Shown: positions 27,002-34,778 of the stretch, in pieces
Numbering within the stretch: the first letter of the stretch is position 1
Layout: every line of letters begins with the position of its first letter
Source of the DNA: an uncultured Gammaproteobacteria bacterium
GTDB lineage: Bacteria > Pseudomonadota > Gammaproteobacteria > Steroidobacterales > BM003
Length of the DNA stretch: 64,000 nucleotides
Assembly (NCBI GenBank): GCA_963699835.1
Contig: CAVOVJ010000005.1
Location: 9,939 to 73,938, forward strand
Direction: 5' to 3'
Notes under the pieces: generated by a model
The model's input: only the letters and a program-made list of their open reading frames with translations
Told to the model about the DNA's origin: nothing
Databases searched by the model: none
Position numbers and translations under genes: made by a program

Positions 27002-28053
27002 GTTTCACTGCGAAACCCAGGATCGTTCATCGCGGACTCAAGCGCAACGATCTGGGGCTTTCGTTACATGATTACGAAGGTGTGGCATCCACGCTGTGCG
27101 CCGGTTGCGGCCACGACTCGATTACCGCCGCGATCGTGCAGGCGTTTTTCGAACTCAATATGCCGCCGCACAAGGTTGCGAAGATGAGCGGCATCGGTTG
27201 CTCATCCAAGACGACCGCGTATTTTCTCGCCGGTGCGCATGGCATCAACGCGGTGCACGGCCGCATGCCTTCTGTGGCGAGCGGCGCCAACGCCGCAAAC
27301 CGTGACCTCACTTATGTCGGGGTCTCCGGTGACGGAGATTCATTGTCGATAGGCCTTGGTCAGTTTGCCCATGCAATCCGGCGCAATCTCGACATGCTTT
27401 ACATCGTCGAAAACAACGGTGTGTATGGTCTGACGAAAGGCCAGTTCTCTGCTTCGGCCGATGTCGGCTCGAGGGCCAAGAAGGGCGAGACGAATCTCAA
27501 CCCGCCGATCGACCCGGTCAAAACCGGTATCGCGATGGGTGCGAGTTTTGTCGCCCGCGGCTTTTCCGGCGACAAGTCGCAACTGGTGCCGTTGATCAAG
27601 GCGGGTGTGAGACATCGTGGATTTGCGCTGCTTGACGTGCTGTCGCCATGCGTCACTTTCAATGACCACGAAGCCTCGACCAAGAGCTATGCGCATACGC
27701 GCCAGTTTTTTCATCCCGCTGTGCATGCTGATTTCATCCCGCCCAGCGAGGAGATACGAGCTTCATATGAAGAGGGCGAGGCAATGCCGGTCGAACTGCA
27801 CGACGGCAGTACCCTCGTGCTGCGCAAGGCCGACCCGGAATACGATCCTACTGACCGGGCCCGCGCATTCAGTTATCTGATCGAGCACCAGGATCGCGGT
27901 GAGGTGGTAACGGGTCTACTGTATTTCTCCGGCGCGAGCGGGGATATGCATGAACGTAACCAGACCACGGCCACACCCCTGGCTGATCTCGGGTATGACC
28001 GTCTTTGCCCCGGCGCCGATGCGCTGGCGGAGTTGCAGAAGGGCATGAGCTAG
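26998..28053 (+). CDS. korB: 2-oxoacid:ferredoxin oxidoreductase subunit beta (TPP-binding)
   Basis: GTGA start/stop overlap with korA. LCAGCGHDSI Cys motif and GVSGDGDSLSIGLGQFAHAIRRNLDMLYIVENNGVYGLTKGQ (TPP motif). Confidence 0.85.
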   Translation: MSFTAKPRIVHRGLKRNDLGLSLHDYEGVASTLCAGCGHDSITAAIVQAFFELNMPPHKVAKMSGIGCSSKTTAYFLAGAHGINAVHGRMPSVASGANAANRDLTYVGVSGDGDSLSIGLGQFAHAIRRNLDMLYIVENNGVYGLTKGQFSASADVGSRAKKGETNLNPPIDPVKTGIAMGASFVARGFSGDKSQLVPLIKAGVRHRGFALLDVLSPCVTFNDHEASTKSYAHTRQFFHPAVHADFIPPSEEIRASYEEGEAMPVELHDGSTLVLRKADPEYDPTDRARAFSYLIEHQDRGEVVTGLLYFSGASGDMHERNQTTATPLADLGYDRLCPGADALAELQKGMS

Positions 28054-28475
28054 CCGGCGAAGTGGCGGAATACCAGCACCGACATGGCCAGCATCGCAAA
28101 AACCTGAACGATAAAAAATGAGAAGCGTATTGCGGCGGCAGCGTTGGTCGCCGGCAGTGCGATATGGACCACCGTCTGGGCAATGCGCCCCGCCAGTACC
28201 GCAATAGCCAGTGCATCCAGAGTTTGACTGTTCGCGCCACTGGCGTAAGCCGCGAACACGATTGCAGCGAAGACTGGCAGGTTTTCAATACAGTTCGCAT
28301 GTGCGCGCATTGCGCGGCGGTACCAGTCGCTGCCATGGTCGGCATAAGGTGTGAAGCTGGTCAGTTCGCCGCGCCCGGTAAGAATCCGGCTCCAGCGATA
28401 AACTCCAATGGTTCCGAGCAACGTCAGTAACGTCCACACGGCAAAGCCGAGCAGACATAGTACGGGCACGGTCAT
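28050..28475 (-). CDS. MAPEG family membrane protein
   Basis: 141 aa with 4 TM helices. RAMRAHANCIENLPVFAAIV motif. Last gene of the duplicated operon. Confidence 0.8.
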   Translation of the reverse strand: MTVPVLCLLGFAVWTLLTLLGTIGVYRWSRILTGRGELTSFTPYADHGSDWYRRAMRAHANCIENLPVFAAIVFAAYASGANSQTLDALAIAVLAGRIAQTVVHIALPATNAAAAIRFSFFIVQVFAMLAMSVLVFRHFAG

Positions 28476-28558
28476 CTTTCCTCCCTGGCCGGTTTCGGCG
28501 GTGCACCTAAATGCAGAAAATCTGCGGCGAATCGCACCGGGCGCATAGTGCTGCAGCG

Positions 28559-29245
28559 CTAGTCTTCGCCGCCGTCCCCACCCACGGCCTTCGTTTTCGG
28601 CGCCGAGCAGCCACGCGCGCCGCGCGCAGCCGCATCGAGGAGTGCGACGACTTCGCGCAACGTCGTCGCCCCGGCATCGCGTTTATACCAGTTTATGTAA
28701 TCGGTTTTGAGACGTTCGCGTTCAGCTTCAGTGGCATCGCCAAGCGCCAGCTTGTTCTCCATGTGAAGAGTTCCGAGTGCTGCCGGGCGTTCGATCCAGC
28801 AACCGGCGTCAGCGCCGTTTTCGTCGAGGATCACAACCGTCGGTGTCGCACCGCGATCGTCGGGGGTCCGGCGTGATTCCGTTACTTCCCTGCCTTTTTT
28901 TGCATCGACGACGCGCAATTCCAGTCCCGGCATGCTGTCGGCGAGCGCTGCGAGATACGGCACCGTGTTCTGTGCATCGAGGCAAAGCTCTTCGCTGACA
29001 ATCAGGAGGCGCCACTGGCCGGGAATCCGCTGCGCGGTATATTCGACGTCCGCGGGAATTGTTGCTTTTGTCCGGTTGTGTTTCCAGATGTCGTCTGCTT
29101 CGATCATCCACTCCACATGAGTGTCGAAGTCCTCGCCGCTATCATACAGCGTCTCCAGATCGTCGCCGTCTGCGGGTCCTGCGGATGCAGGGGCTATAGC
29201 GCAGGTAAACAGAGCCGGCGCGATGATAGATAGAACCTTGTGCAT
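28559..29245 (-). CDS. Secreted thioredoxin-fold protein, copy A (single Cys where CxxC would sit)
   Basis: ATG 29245 (MHKVLSIIAPALFTCAIAPASA signal peptide). WRLLIVSEELCLDAQNTVPYLAAL, RGATPTVVILDE, GCWIERP and a C-terminal GARGCSAP. Confidence 0.75.
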   Translation of the reverse strand: MHKVLSIIAPALFTCAIAPASAGPADGDDLETLYDSGEDFDTHVEWMIEADDIWKHNRTKATIPADVEYTAQRIPGQWRLLIVSEELCLDAQNTVPYLAALADSMPGLELRVVDAKKGREVTESRRTPDDRGATPTVVILDENGADAGCWIERPAALGTLHMENKLALGDATEAERERLKTDYINWYKRDAGATTLREVVALLDAAARGARGCSAPKTKAVGGDGGED

Positions 29246-29285
29246 GTATTGCAGTTCCTTTTTCTTTCCGCCAGTGGCGTGATCG

Positions 29286-29489
29286 TCAAAATTCGAATTC
29301 GATGCCGTTTGCCGCCCGCGTATTGCCATAGACCGGTGCCGGCTGCGCCGATCCGAACGAGGTTTTTTCGCCAGACCCGCCGCGCCCGATGAGAATCCGG
29401 CTCCAGCGATAGACTCCCATCGTCCCCGGCAACGTAAGCAACGTACACGCAGCAAAGCCGAGCAGGCACGGCACAGGTACTGCCATCAA
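29286..29489 (-). pseudogene. Chimeric duplication-junction ORF: MAPEG 5' fragment fused to the 3' end of the phosphatase-fold gene
   Basis: MMAVPVPCLLGFAACTLLTLPGTMGVYRWSRILIGRG parallels the MAPEG N-terminus MTVPVLCLLGFAVWTLLTLLGTIGVYRWSRILTGRG. The tail ...AANGIEFEF parallels ...AANGIEFRL at the end of 30295..30828. DNA similarity is visible in both parts. Confidence 0.75.
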
Positions 29490-29570
29490 TTCGCCCCTAA
29501 CCTGTTGCAGCCGCGCTCCGAGACCAGGGAAAACCGGCCCGAGTCGCGGCAGGTGCGAGGCGTTACATCG

Positions 29571-30257
29571 CTAATTCGGTCCGGCGCCTCCACTGGTGGT
29601 TTGGGTTGTCGGTGCCGAGCAGCCGCGTGCGCCGCGCGCGGCCGCATCGAGAAGAACGATGAATTCGCGCAGGGTTGTAGCACCGGCATCGCGCTGATAC
29701 CAGTTTTCGAATTCGCTCTCCAGGCGTTCGCGTTCATGTTTGCCGGCATTGCGAAACGCCTGTTTATTCTCAAGGTAAAACGTCTGCAGGGCTGCGGGAC
29801 GCTCAATCCAGCAACCCGCATCGGCGCCGTGTTCGTCGAGGATCACGACCGTAGGTGTGGCGCCGCGATCATCCGGCGTCCGGCGCGCCTCCATCACCGG
29901 CTTGCCCAGCTTCGAATCGACGATACGCAGTTCCACTCCCGGCATGCTGGCGGCCAGCGCGGCGAGGTAGGGCACGGTGTTTTGCGAGTCATGGCAAAGC
30001 TCCTCGCTGACAACCAGCAGGCGCCACTGGCCGGGAATCCGCTGCGCGGTATATTCGACATCGGCCGGGAGTTCCGCCGCGGTGCGGGCGCGTTGCCACA
30101 GGTCGCCTTTTTCTGTCATCCCGCCCAGATAGGAGTCGAAGTCGACACCCCGTTCATACAGCGCGCCCAGTTGGTTGCCGGCCGCCGTTTCTGCCAATGC
30201 AACGGTGATGGTAGCGACGCACAGAGCCAGCGCGAAGATCGGAGAAACTTTGCTCAT
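29571..30257 (-). CDS. Secreted thioredoxin-fold protein, copy B (paralog of 28559..29245)
   Basis: ATG 30257 (MSKVSPIFALALCVATITVALA). Same length and shared blocks: PADVEYTAQRIPGQWRLL, SEELCHDSQNTVPYLAAL, RRTPDDRGATPTVVILDE, GADAGCWIERPAAL and LLDAAARGARGCSAP. Confidence 0.75.
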   Translation of the reverse strand: MSKVSPIFALALCVATITVALAETAAGNQLGALYERGVDFDSYLGGMTEKGDLWQRARTAAELPADVEYTAQRIPGQWRLLVVSEELCHDSQNTVPYLAALAASMPGVELRIVDSKLGKPVMEARRTPDDRGATPTVVILDEHGADAGCWIERPAALQTFYLENKQAFRNAGKHERERLESEFENWYQRDAGATTLREFIVLLDAAARGARGCSAPTTQTTSGGAGPN

Positions 30258-30294
30258 GTATTGCAGATCCTTGTTCGGTTCACTGATGTAAACG

Positions 30295-30828
30295 TCAAAG
30301 TCTGAATTCGATGCCGTTCGCCGCCAACGTATCTTCGATGAATTTCGTCCACGTTTCGTCCGGAACCCAGACTGCATTGACCGCCTCAAGCGCCACTTCA
30401 GGCGCTACGTTGTCGCTGATCACGCGGTACAGGAAAGCAAAAGACGAGGCCCGCATATTCAGCTGACAATGAACTAACGTCCGGCGGCCGCCGTTACCCT
30501 CGAGTGCCGCGCGAAAAAAGGCGAAGTCGGTTGCCGTCGGATTATGCCAGTCGACCGGGATATTGATATAGATCAACCCGTTGCCGGCGACCAGCGCGCC
30601 CTCGTTGTGCAGCGACCCCTCGCTTTGCGGTGGCGCCAGATTGATGACCATCCCGTAGCCGTCCTTTGCCAGCGAATCGAAATAGGCTGCCCCTGGCTGT
30701 GCGGATGTTGTCAGGGTTGCGTCGATCTGAACAAGGTTTTTTGGCAGGTCCGCCGCGCCCACGGTGTGGACGACGCTGCACAAGATGAGAAGGGTCACCA
30801 GGCTTCGCAATCGGGTCATTTCGAGCAT
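30295..30828 (-). CDS. Secreted protein-tyrosine/dual-specificity-phosphatase-fold protein
   Basis: ATG 30828 or 30819 (MLEMTRLRSLVTLLILCSVVHTVGA signal peptide). TLVHCQLNMRASSFAFLYR resembles the HC-x-R(S/T) P-loop. ORF 30295..31278 upstream of this looks non-coding. Confidence 0.65.
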   Translation of the reverse strand: MLEMTRLRSLVTLLILCSVVHTVGAADLPKNLVQIDATLTTSAQPGAAYFDSLAKDGYGMVINLAPPQSEGSLHNEGALVAGNGLIYINIPVDWHNPTATDFAFFRAALEGNGGRRTLVHCQLNMRASSFAFLYRVISDNVAPEVALEAVNAVWVPDETWTKFIEDTLAANGIEFRL

Positions 30829-30944
30829 CGCGGGTTCTCCGGTTGGCCGAATCGTATCGGCGGTGGCTGGATTGTCTCGTCGCGGCCTGTTGCTGACGCG
30901 ATCGAATTGTACGCGGTCCGCCGCGCGCAGATGGCTCATACGGG

Positions 30945-30985
30945 TTGACAGGGCAGGAAAAGAAACAATAATGAGAATCATTCGT
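30945..30985 (+). promoter_or_regulatory. Sigma70-like promoter with an overlapping Fur box
   Basis: TTGACA (30945-50), a 16-nt spacer, then AATAAT (30967-72). AATAATGAGAATCATTCGT (30967-85) matches the 19-bp Fur consensus GATAATGATAATCATTATC at 14 of 19 positions. An AGGAGG SD sits 8 nt before ATG 31006. Confidence 0.6.
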
Positions 30986-31005
30986 AATAACAGGAGGACG
31001 CAACG

Positions 31006-31528
31006 ATGCCGGTGAGTCAGTCCCGATTCCGAAAAATACCGACCCGGCGCGGTGACTACATCGTCAGCTGGGAGCCGCAACATGTCGATTTTCTGTTCCG
31101 TTCCGAGAATCTCACGCCGGCCGATCTGAGCCTGGTCAGCGCAGGGCAGGCGCGCGGGCTGATCCGTGATCTGTTCCTGCTCGGCGCGCGCGATGATGCG
31201 GTTGCCGCGCAGGGTTCCGATCGCCATACGTCTCTGATAAGCAGGTTTGCGCGAGGCCTGCTGGGTATTTACTCGCAACCCGCTTCGCGGTCCGGAAAGT
31301 GAGCGAGTGGATCGGCGGCGGAGCTACCGCGGCGGCAGATATCGATACGATGCAGGCCAGGTTGTTTTATCTTGTGAGCCGTTACAGCTTCAGCCCGAGC
31401 CCCGCCATGTGATCGACCAGCTGGATGCGTTGGGCCGTCATCCGTTTGTTGAGTTGCTGCCCGGGCAACAGCGAGTTTATCCGAGCTTGCTGAACCTGTG
31501 GCGAAGCTGCACGACCGGCGGACACTGA
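31006..31528 (+). CDS. Iron-regulated (Fur-box) hypothetical gene. Either one ~174-aa ORF broken by two -1 frame changes or three translationally coupled small ORFs (98, 37 and 39 aa)
   Basis: Three consecutive segments (31006-31302, 31299-31412, 31409-31528) each show high GC3 in successive -1 frames. Both junctions are GTGA (GTG start overlapping TGA stop). I did not recognise a protein family. Confidence 0.5.
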
Positions 31529-31599
31529 CTTGTACCTCGCACCAGATTCTGCCGGAACGCGAGGTCTCCGCTGCGGTTCGTCAGAGTACGGGGCGGTTT

Positions 31600-31634
31600 G
31601 TCACCGACCGTCCCGCTAAGGCGCGGTCGGTGAC
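31600..31634. terminator. Perfect 11-bp inverted repeat between convergent genes (candidate bidirectional terminator, no U-tract)
   Basis: GTCACCGACCG-13 nt-CGGTCGGTGAC, lying between the 31006-31528 locus (+) and the GlsB-family gene (-). Confidence 0.4.
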
Positions 31635-31659
31635 AAGCCTGAAAAACCCGCACTGTCGC

Positions 31660-31911
31660 TCAGGCCTTCTTGATCAACCCCACCAGGAACAGCAACACCG
31701 CCGCCCCGACCGTTGCCGTGATCAGCGAACCGATAATTCCCCCGGCGCTGATGCCAAGCAGACCGAATATAAAGCCGCCGATAAATGCGCCAATGATGCC
31801 GACAATGATGTTGCCGATCAGGCCGAAACCGCCACCTTTCATCAGGTTGCCGGCCAGCCAACCGGCGATGGCGCCGATTATCAGAAACAAAATAAGACTC
31901 ATCCCATCCAT
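31660..31911 (-). CDS. GlsB/YeaQ/YmgE family stress-response membrane protein
   Basis: 83 aa, Gly-zipper TM helices GAIAGWLAGNLMKGGGFGLIGNIIVGIIGAFIGGFIF. Confidence 0.85.
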   Translation of the reverse strand: MDGMSLILFLIIGAIAGWLAGNLMKGGGFGLIGNIIVGIIGAFIGGFIFGLLGISAGGIIGSLITATVGAAVLLFLVGLIKKA

Positions 31912-32023
31912 ATCGATATCTCCCTTTATTGTTGTTTGAGCCAGGCGGCTCGGTCGTGTCCGGCGCGATTTGTTACGCCGGCTATCTCCTTGTGTTTCGG
32001 TCAGGCGAGAAGCGTACTGGTAG

Positions 32024-32302
32024 TCAAATAGTGTCGCGATCCTTCCAGTTCCACCATTTCAGTAGATCCGGATCATGATTCTTATTGGCGGCGAAATAGG
32101 TTGCGCAGCGAAAAACATACAACACGCACCGATCCTGTTTTTCGCCCCGAAGCGAACACAGTCTATCGTAGAGGATCTGCGGATTTTTGCCACAAAGATC
32201 GGCGATGTTGGAGATGCCGAGTTCCTGCAGGTCCCGGGTGATGCTTGGACCCACTCCCGGAATTTGCTGCAGGTCGCTGGTGGCGCGTTCAGGCGCAGTC
32301 AC
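32024..32302 (-). CDS. Helix-hairpin-helix domain protein (Cdd1 / pathogenicity-locus family)
   Basis: LQQIPGVGPSITRDLQELGI (HhH), a C-terminal KWWNWKD, 92 aa. Confidence 0.7.
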   Translation of the reverse strand: MTAPERATSDLQQIPGVGPSITRDLQELGISNIADLCGKNPQILYDRLCSLRGEKQDRCVLYVFRCATYFAANKNHDPDLLKWWNWKDRDTI

Positions 32303-32889
32303 GGCGCGCCGGCCGTGGATAACGGGTCTGTAGTCATGTCCGCGTTATTCCTGATCATGAACAGGCAGCCAGTCAGCGCGCGGTCAGCGTCGGGCCACGG
32401 CGCTGCGACGAACCCAGTCCGTTTGTAGCAGCGAAGGGCCGCTGTGTTGTGACGATAAACGAACACCGAAGCTTCGTACCGGGCAAACATCGCTTCTCCC
32501 GCACCGATGAGTTCGCTGATCAGACGCTTCCCGAGTCCGGTGCCACGCACCTCCGGGCGAATCGCAAGGCGCGCCAGATGTATCCGCTCCAGTTTCCGGT
32601 AGATCTGTCCGAACCCGAGCAATGTGTTCGAGTCATCGGTGAGGGCATAACTCGCGAGCGAAGCGAGGCGCATGTCCTCGACAAAGGAGGTGGGCGTGAA
32701 CGGGTGACGAAAAGCGGGCCCACCCCACAACATGCAGTCGTTTCGTTTTGCAAACCACTTCATCAGGATCGCGGCATCGGCGCCTGTCGCCGGGCGCAAC
32801 CGCGTCTGCCCGCCACTGATTGCGATTTCCGCCAATGATGACCGCAATCCGGGGTAACGGTATCGCAAAGACTTTTCACAGAGGTCCAT
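32299..32889 (-). CDS. GNAT family N-acetyltransferase
   Basis: IRPEVRGTGLGKRLISELI (acetyl-CoA motif A) and NTAALRCYKRTGF. 4-nt overlap with the downstream gene. Confidence 0.8.
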   Translation of the reverse strand: MDLCEKSLRYRYPGLRSSLAEIAISGGQTRLRPATGADAAILMKWFAKRNDCMLWGGPAFRHPFTPTSFVEDMRLASLASYALTDDSNTLLGFGQIYRKLERIHLARLAIRPEVRGTGLGKRLISELIGAGEAMFARYEASVFVYRHNTAALRCYKRTGFVAAPWPDADRALTGCLFMIRNNADMTTDPLSTAGAP

Positions 32890-32931
32890 TCAAGCCAAGT
32901 GTAGCCAAAAAAGGGCACTGTTGCGGCCGCC

Positions 32932-33319
32932 TCATCGCGCTGGCCGGAACCGCAGCGCTGACCAGGTGTCGTCTATTGACACGCATGTGACCGCGCGCAA
33001 ACCCCATTTGCTTACCTGGCGCGCCAGCTCATCACGGTTGAAGTCAGACTGGAGCTGCGAACTCTGTTTAGGCCGGCAGATCCAGAACCGACCGTCCTCG
33101 ACCAGCCATCTGCGGGCGCGGTCCCGCAGCCTTTTCGATTCGCGGCCGTCCGCGACGAAGAGCTGAACAGCGGCAACCCACCAGCGCGGCCGTGAGACCA
33201 GCGCGACTCGCTGCGGGAAGCGGGTCCAGACGCGCGGTGTAGCCGGGCGGTGCGTTGATGATCGTAAGCCTCATGCCGGGCTTTATCTGGAGCTTCCTGC
33301 ATGGCGGATTCACGTTCAC
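32932..33319 (-). CDS. DUF3052-like protein; frameshifted as sequenced near 33205-33225
   Basis: GTG 33319 after GGGAGG. The N-part is KLQIKPGMRLTIINAPPGYTARLDPLP. A +1 frame then gives RVALVSRPRWWVAAVQLFVADGRE...DGRFWICRPKQSS...GLRAVTCVSIDDTWSALRFRPAR with its stop at 32932-34. Length is not a multiple of 3. Confidence 0.65.
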
Positions 33320-33421
33320 GGGCAATTTCCTCCCGCCGTTGCCAGCAGCGCTTGCTCCGGGATGTGTATCCCGGCATTGCAGGCCTCCTGTGGCGAAGCC
33401 GATTGCGCGGGTGTCTTCGGC

Positions 33422-34030
33422 TCAGGCCGGGCGCGGGAACACCCGGTACGGGGCATGGCTGTAGTATTTGGGGACGCTGTCCAGACGCAGATGGAGCCAG
33501 GCGACACCGAGACCCGCGGTGCTGAGCCAAACCGGTCGCTTTCCCAGTCTTTGCTGCATGGTCTTTGCCGCTGTTTGCCAGAAAACCTGCTGCAGATCGC
33601 GTGGCGCCAGGCGCATGAAAGCGGCGAGGTGATTAAAGGCGTTCCCGGAACCCCGGCAAACGGGAACCACGAGGACTGCATCGCCACCGAAATTCTTGAA
33701 TGAGATGACCTGTCGGTCGGCGGGTGCTGCCGAAAAATGTTCCTGAAATGGTGCCGGATCCGGTGCCATCCGCGCGAGCTGCGGCGCATTCACGGCGACG
33801 TACTCAAAGGCCAGGTCCTGGGTTTGCAGCGTGACCGGCGGGGTCTCCCAATAGTATGCCTCCCAGGGGATACGCTGGATGCAGTCACAGAAAAAATCGC
33901 GGAAACCGGGAGAATCGCAAAGCTGCGCGAGGACCGCTCGCCATGACATTGCCTCGCCGCCGCGCAACAACCGGTACCGGCACAGATGCGGCTGCGCGCT
34001 TTCCTCGAGATGCCAGACTGCGTTCGTCAT
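33422..34030 (-). CDS. Conserved hypothetical protein (~202 aa)
   Basis: ATG 34030 (MTNAVWHLEE) lies within the 438-aa ORF. YYWETPP, FEYVAV, FKNFGGDAVLVVP and VWLSTAGLGVAWLHLRLD blocks. The upstream part of the ORF overlaps two better-supported genes in other frames. Confidence 0.6.
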   Translation of the reverse strand: MTNAVWHLEESAQPHLCRYRLLRGGEAMSWRAVLAQLCDSPGFRDFFCDCIQRIPWEAYYWETPPVTLQTQDLAFEYVAVNAPQLARMAPDPAPFQEHFSAAPADRQVISFKNFGGDAVLVVPVCRGSGNAFNHLAAFMRLAPRDLQQVFWQTAAKTMQQRLGKRPVWLSTAGLGVAWLHLRLDSVPKYYSHAPYRVFPRPA

Positions 34031-34035
34031 CGCCG

Positions 34036-34344
34036 TCAACGTTGGTCGGGCGGGACGGTTTCGAGCCGCCCGCGCAAGCGGATCTGAGCTTCGTGGTCCA
34101 CCTGGCGATAGACCCGGTCCCGGGTTGCCGGATGATTGCCGAGGCCAGTGCCATTCCCGTAGTCGGATTGCGGCCGGACCGGCCGCGGCGTGAATCCGCC
34201 GCCGCAATTCGGACAAACATTGCCCAGCACCTCGTCGACGCATCGTACGCAAAACGTGCACTCGTAAGAGCAGATACGGGCATCGGCCGAGTGCGGCGGC
34301 AGATCGCGGTCGCAGGACTCGCAAGACGGACGAATTTCCAGCAT
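34036..34344 (-). CDS. DUF1272 domain protein (Cys-rich zinc-ribbon-like)
   Basis: MLEIRPSCESCDRDLPPHSADARICSYECTFCVRCVDEVLGNVCPNCGGGF. Confidence 0.8.
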   Translation of the reverse strand: MLEIRPSCESCDRDLPPHSADARICSYECTFCVRCVDEVLGNVCPNCGGGFTPRPVRPQSDYGNGTGLGNHPATRDRVYRQVDHEAQIRLRGRLETVPPDQR

Positions 34345-34449
34345 TTTCTCCCTGCCTCCTGGTGACCGGCTGTCTCATTGCAATGTGCCCGACCAGATAT
34401 TCCTGGCGAAGACCTGTCGCGGTATTGCCAGCGCCGGATGTTTTCCGCC

Positions 34450-34778
34450 TCAGGCAAAAAAATCGGCGACCGGCTCCAGCACAACTTCCGGCAAAGTCTC
34501 GGCAATTGCCGCGCGCATGCGCTTGCGCGCGGGCAAATCCTTTGCGGCGGCGAAAGCCCGGTGCCTCATGTCGGCGTTCTCGGCCACTGCGCGTAGCTAT
34601 ACCACAGGCCGTCGTTGCCCCGGTGCAGGCGCGATCCCAGTGCACCACCGGTCTCGCGCAGATGCCTGGTAACCTCTGACCAGGCCTCGACAAAAGCCTG
34701 CTCCCGCCCTCGATGCAGCCGCCAACGATAAAGGACAACGAAGGCGCATGGTTGTTTTCCGGTTGCGCTGGCAGTCAT
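34450..34778 (-). CDS. Antibiotic-biosynthesis-monooxygenase (ABM)-like protein; frameshifted as sequenced near 34580-34592
   Basis: ORF 34566..34793 ends ...GLWYSYAQWP. The adjacent frame continues AENADMRHRAFAAAKDLPARKRMRAAIAETLPEVVLEPVADFFA with its stop at 34450-52. Start is ATG 34778 or 34793. Confidence 0.6.

Larger units (their letters stand above)
28371..30350. repeat. Diverged tandem duplication, two ~1.0-kb units (~28371-29340 and ~29382-30350)
   Basis: Offsets of 1009-1014 nt between matching landmarks: the gccactggccgggaatccgctgcgcggtatattcgac block at 29011 vs 30024, the MAPEG start at 28475 vs 29489, and tcaaa.t..gaattcgatgccgtt at 29286 vs 30295. Confidence 0.8.

Noticed and set aside
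29505-30305. 266-aa plus-strand ORF
   Set aside because: It lies antisense to Trx-fold copy B. The minus-strand reading has a signal peptide and is conserved between the two duplicated copies.
33422-34738. 438-aa ORF taken at face value
   Set aside because: Only the last 202 codons (from ATG 34030) look coding. The upstream part overlaps the DUF1272 and ABM genes, which have clear family motifs in other frames.
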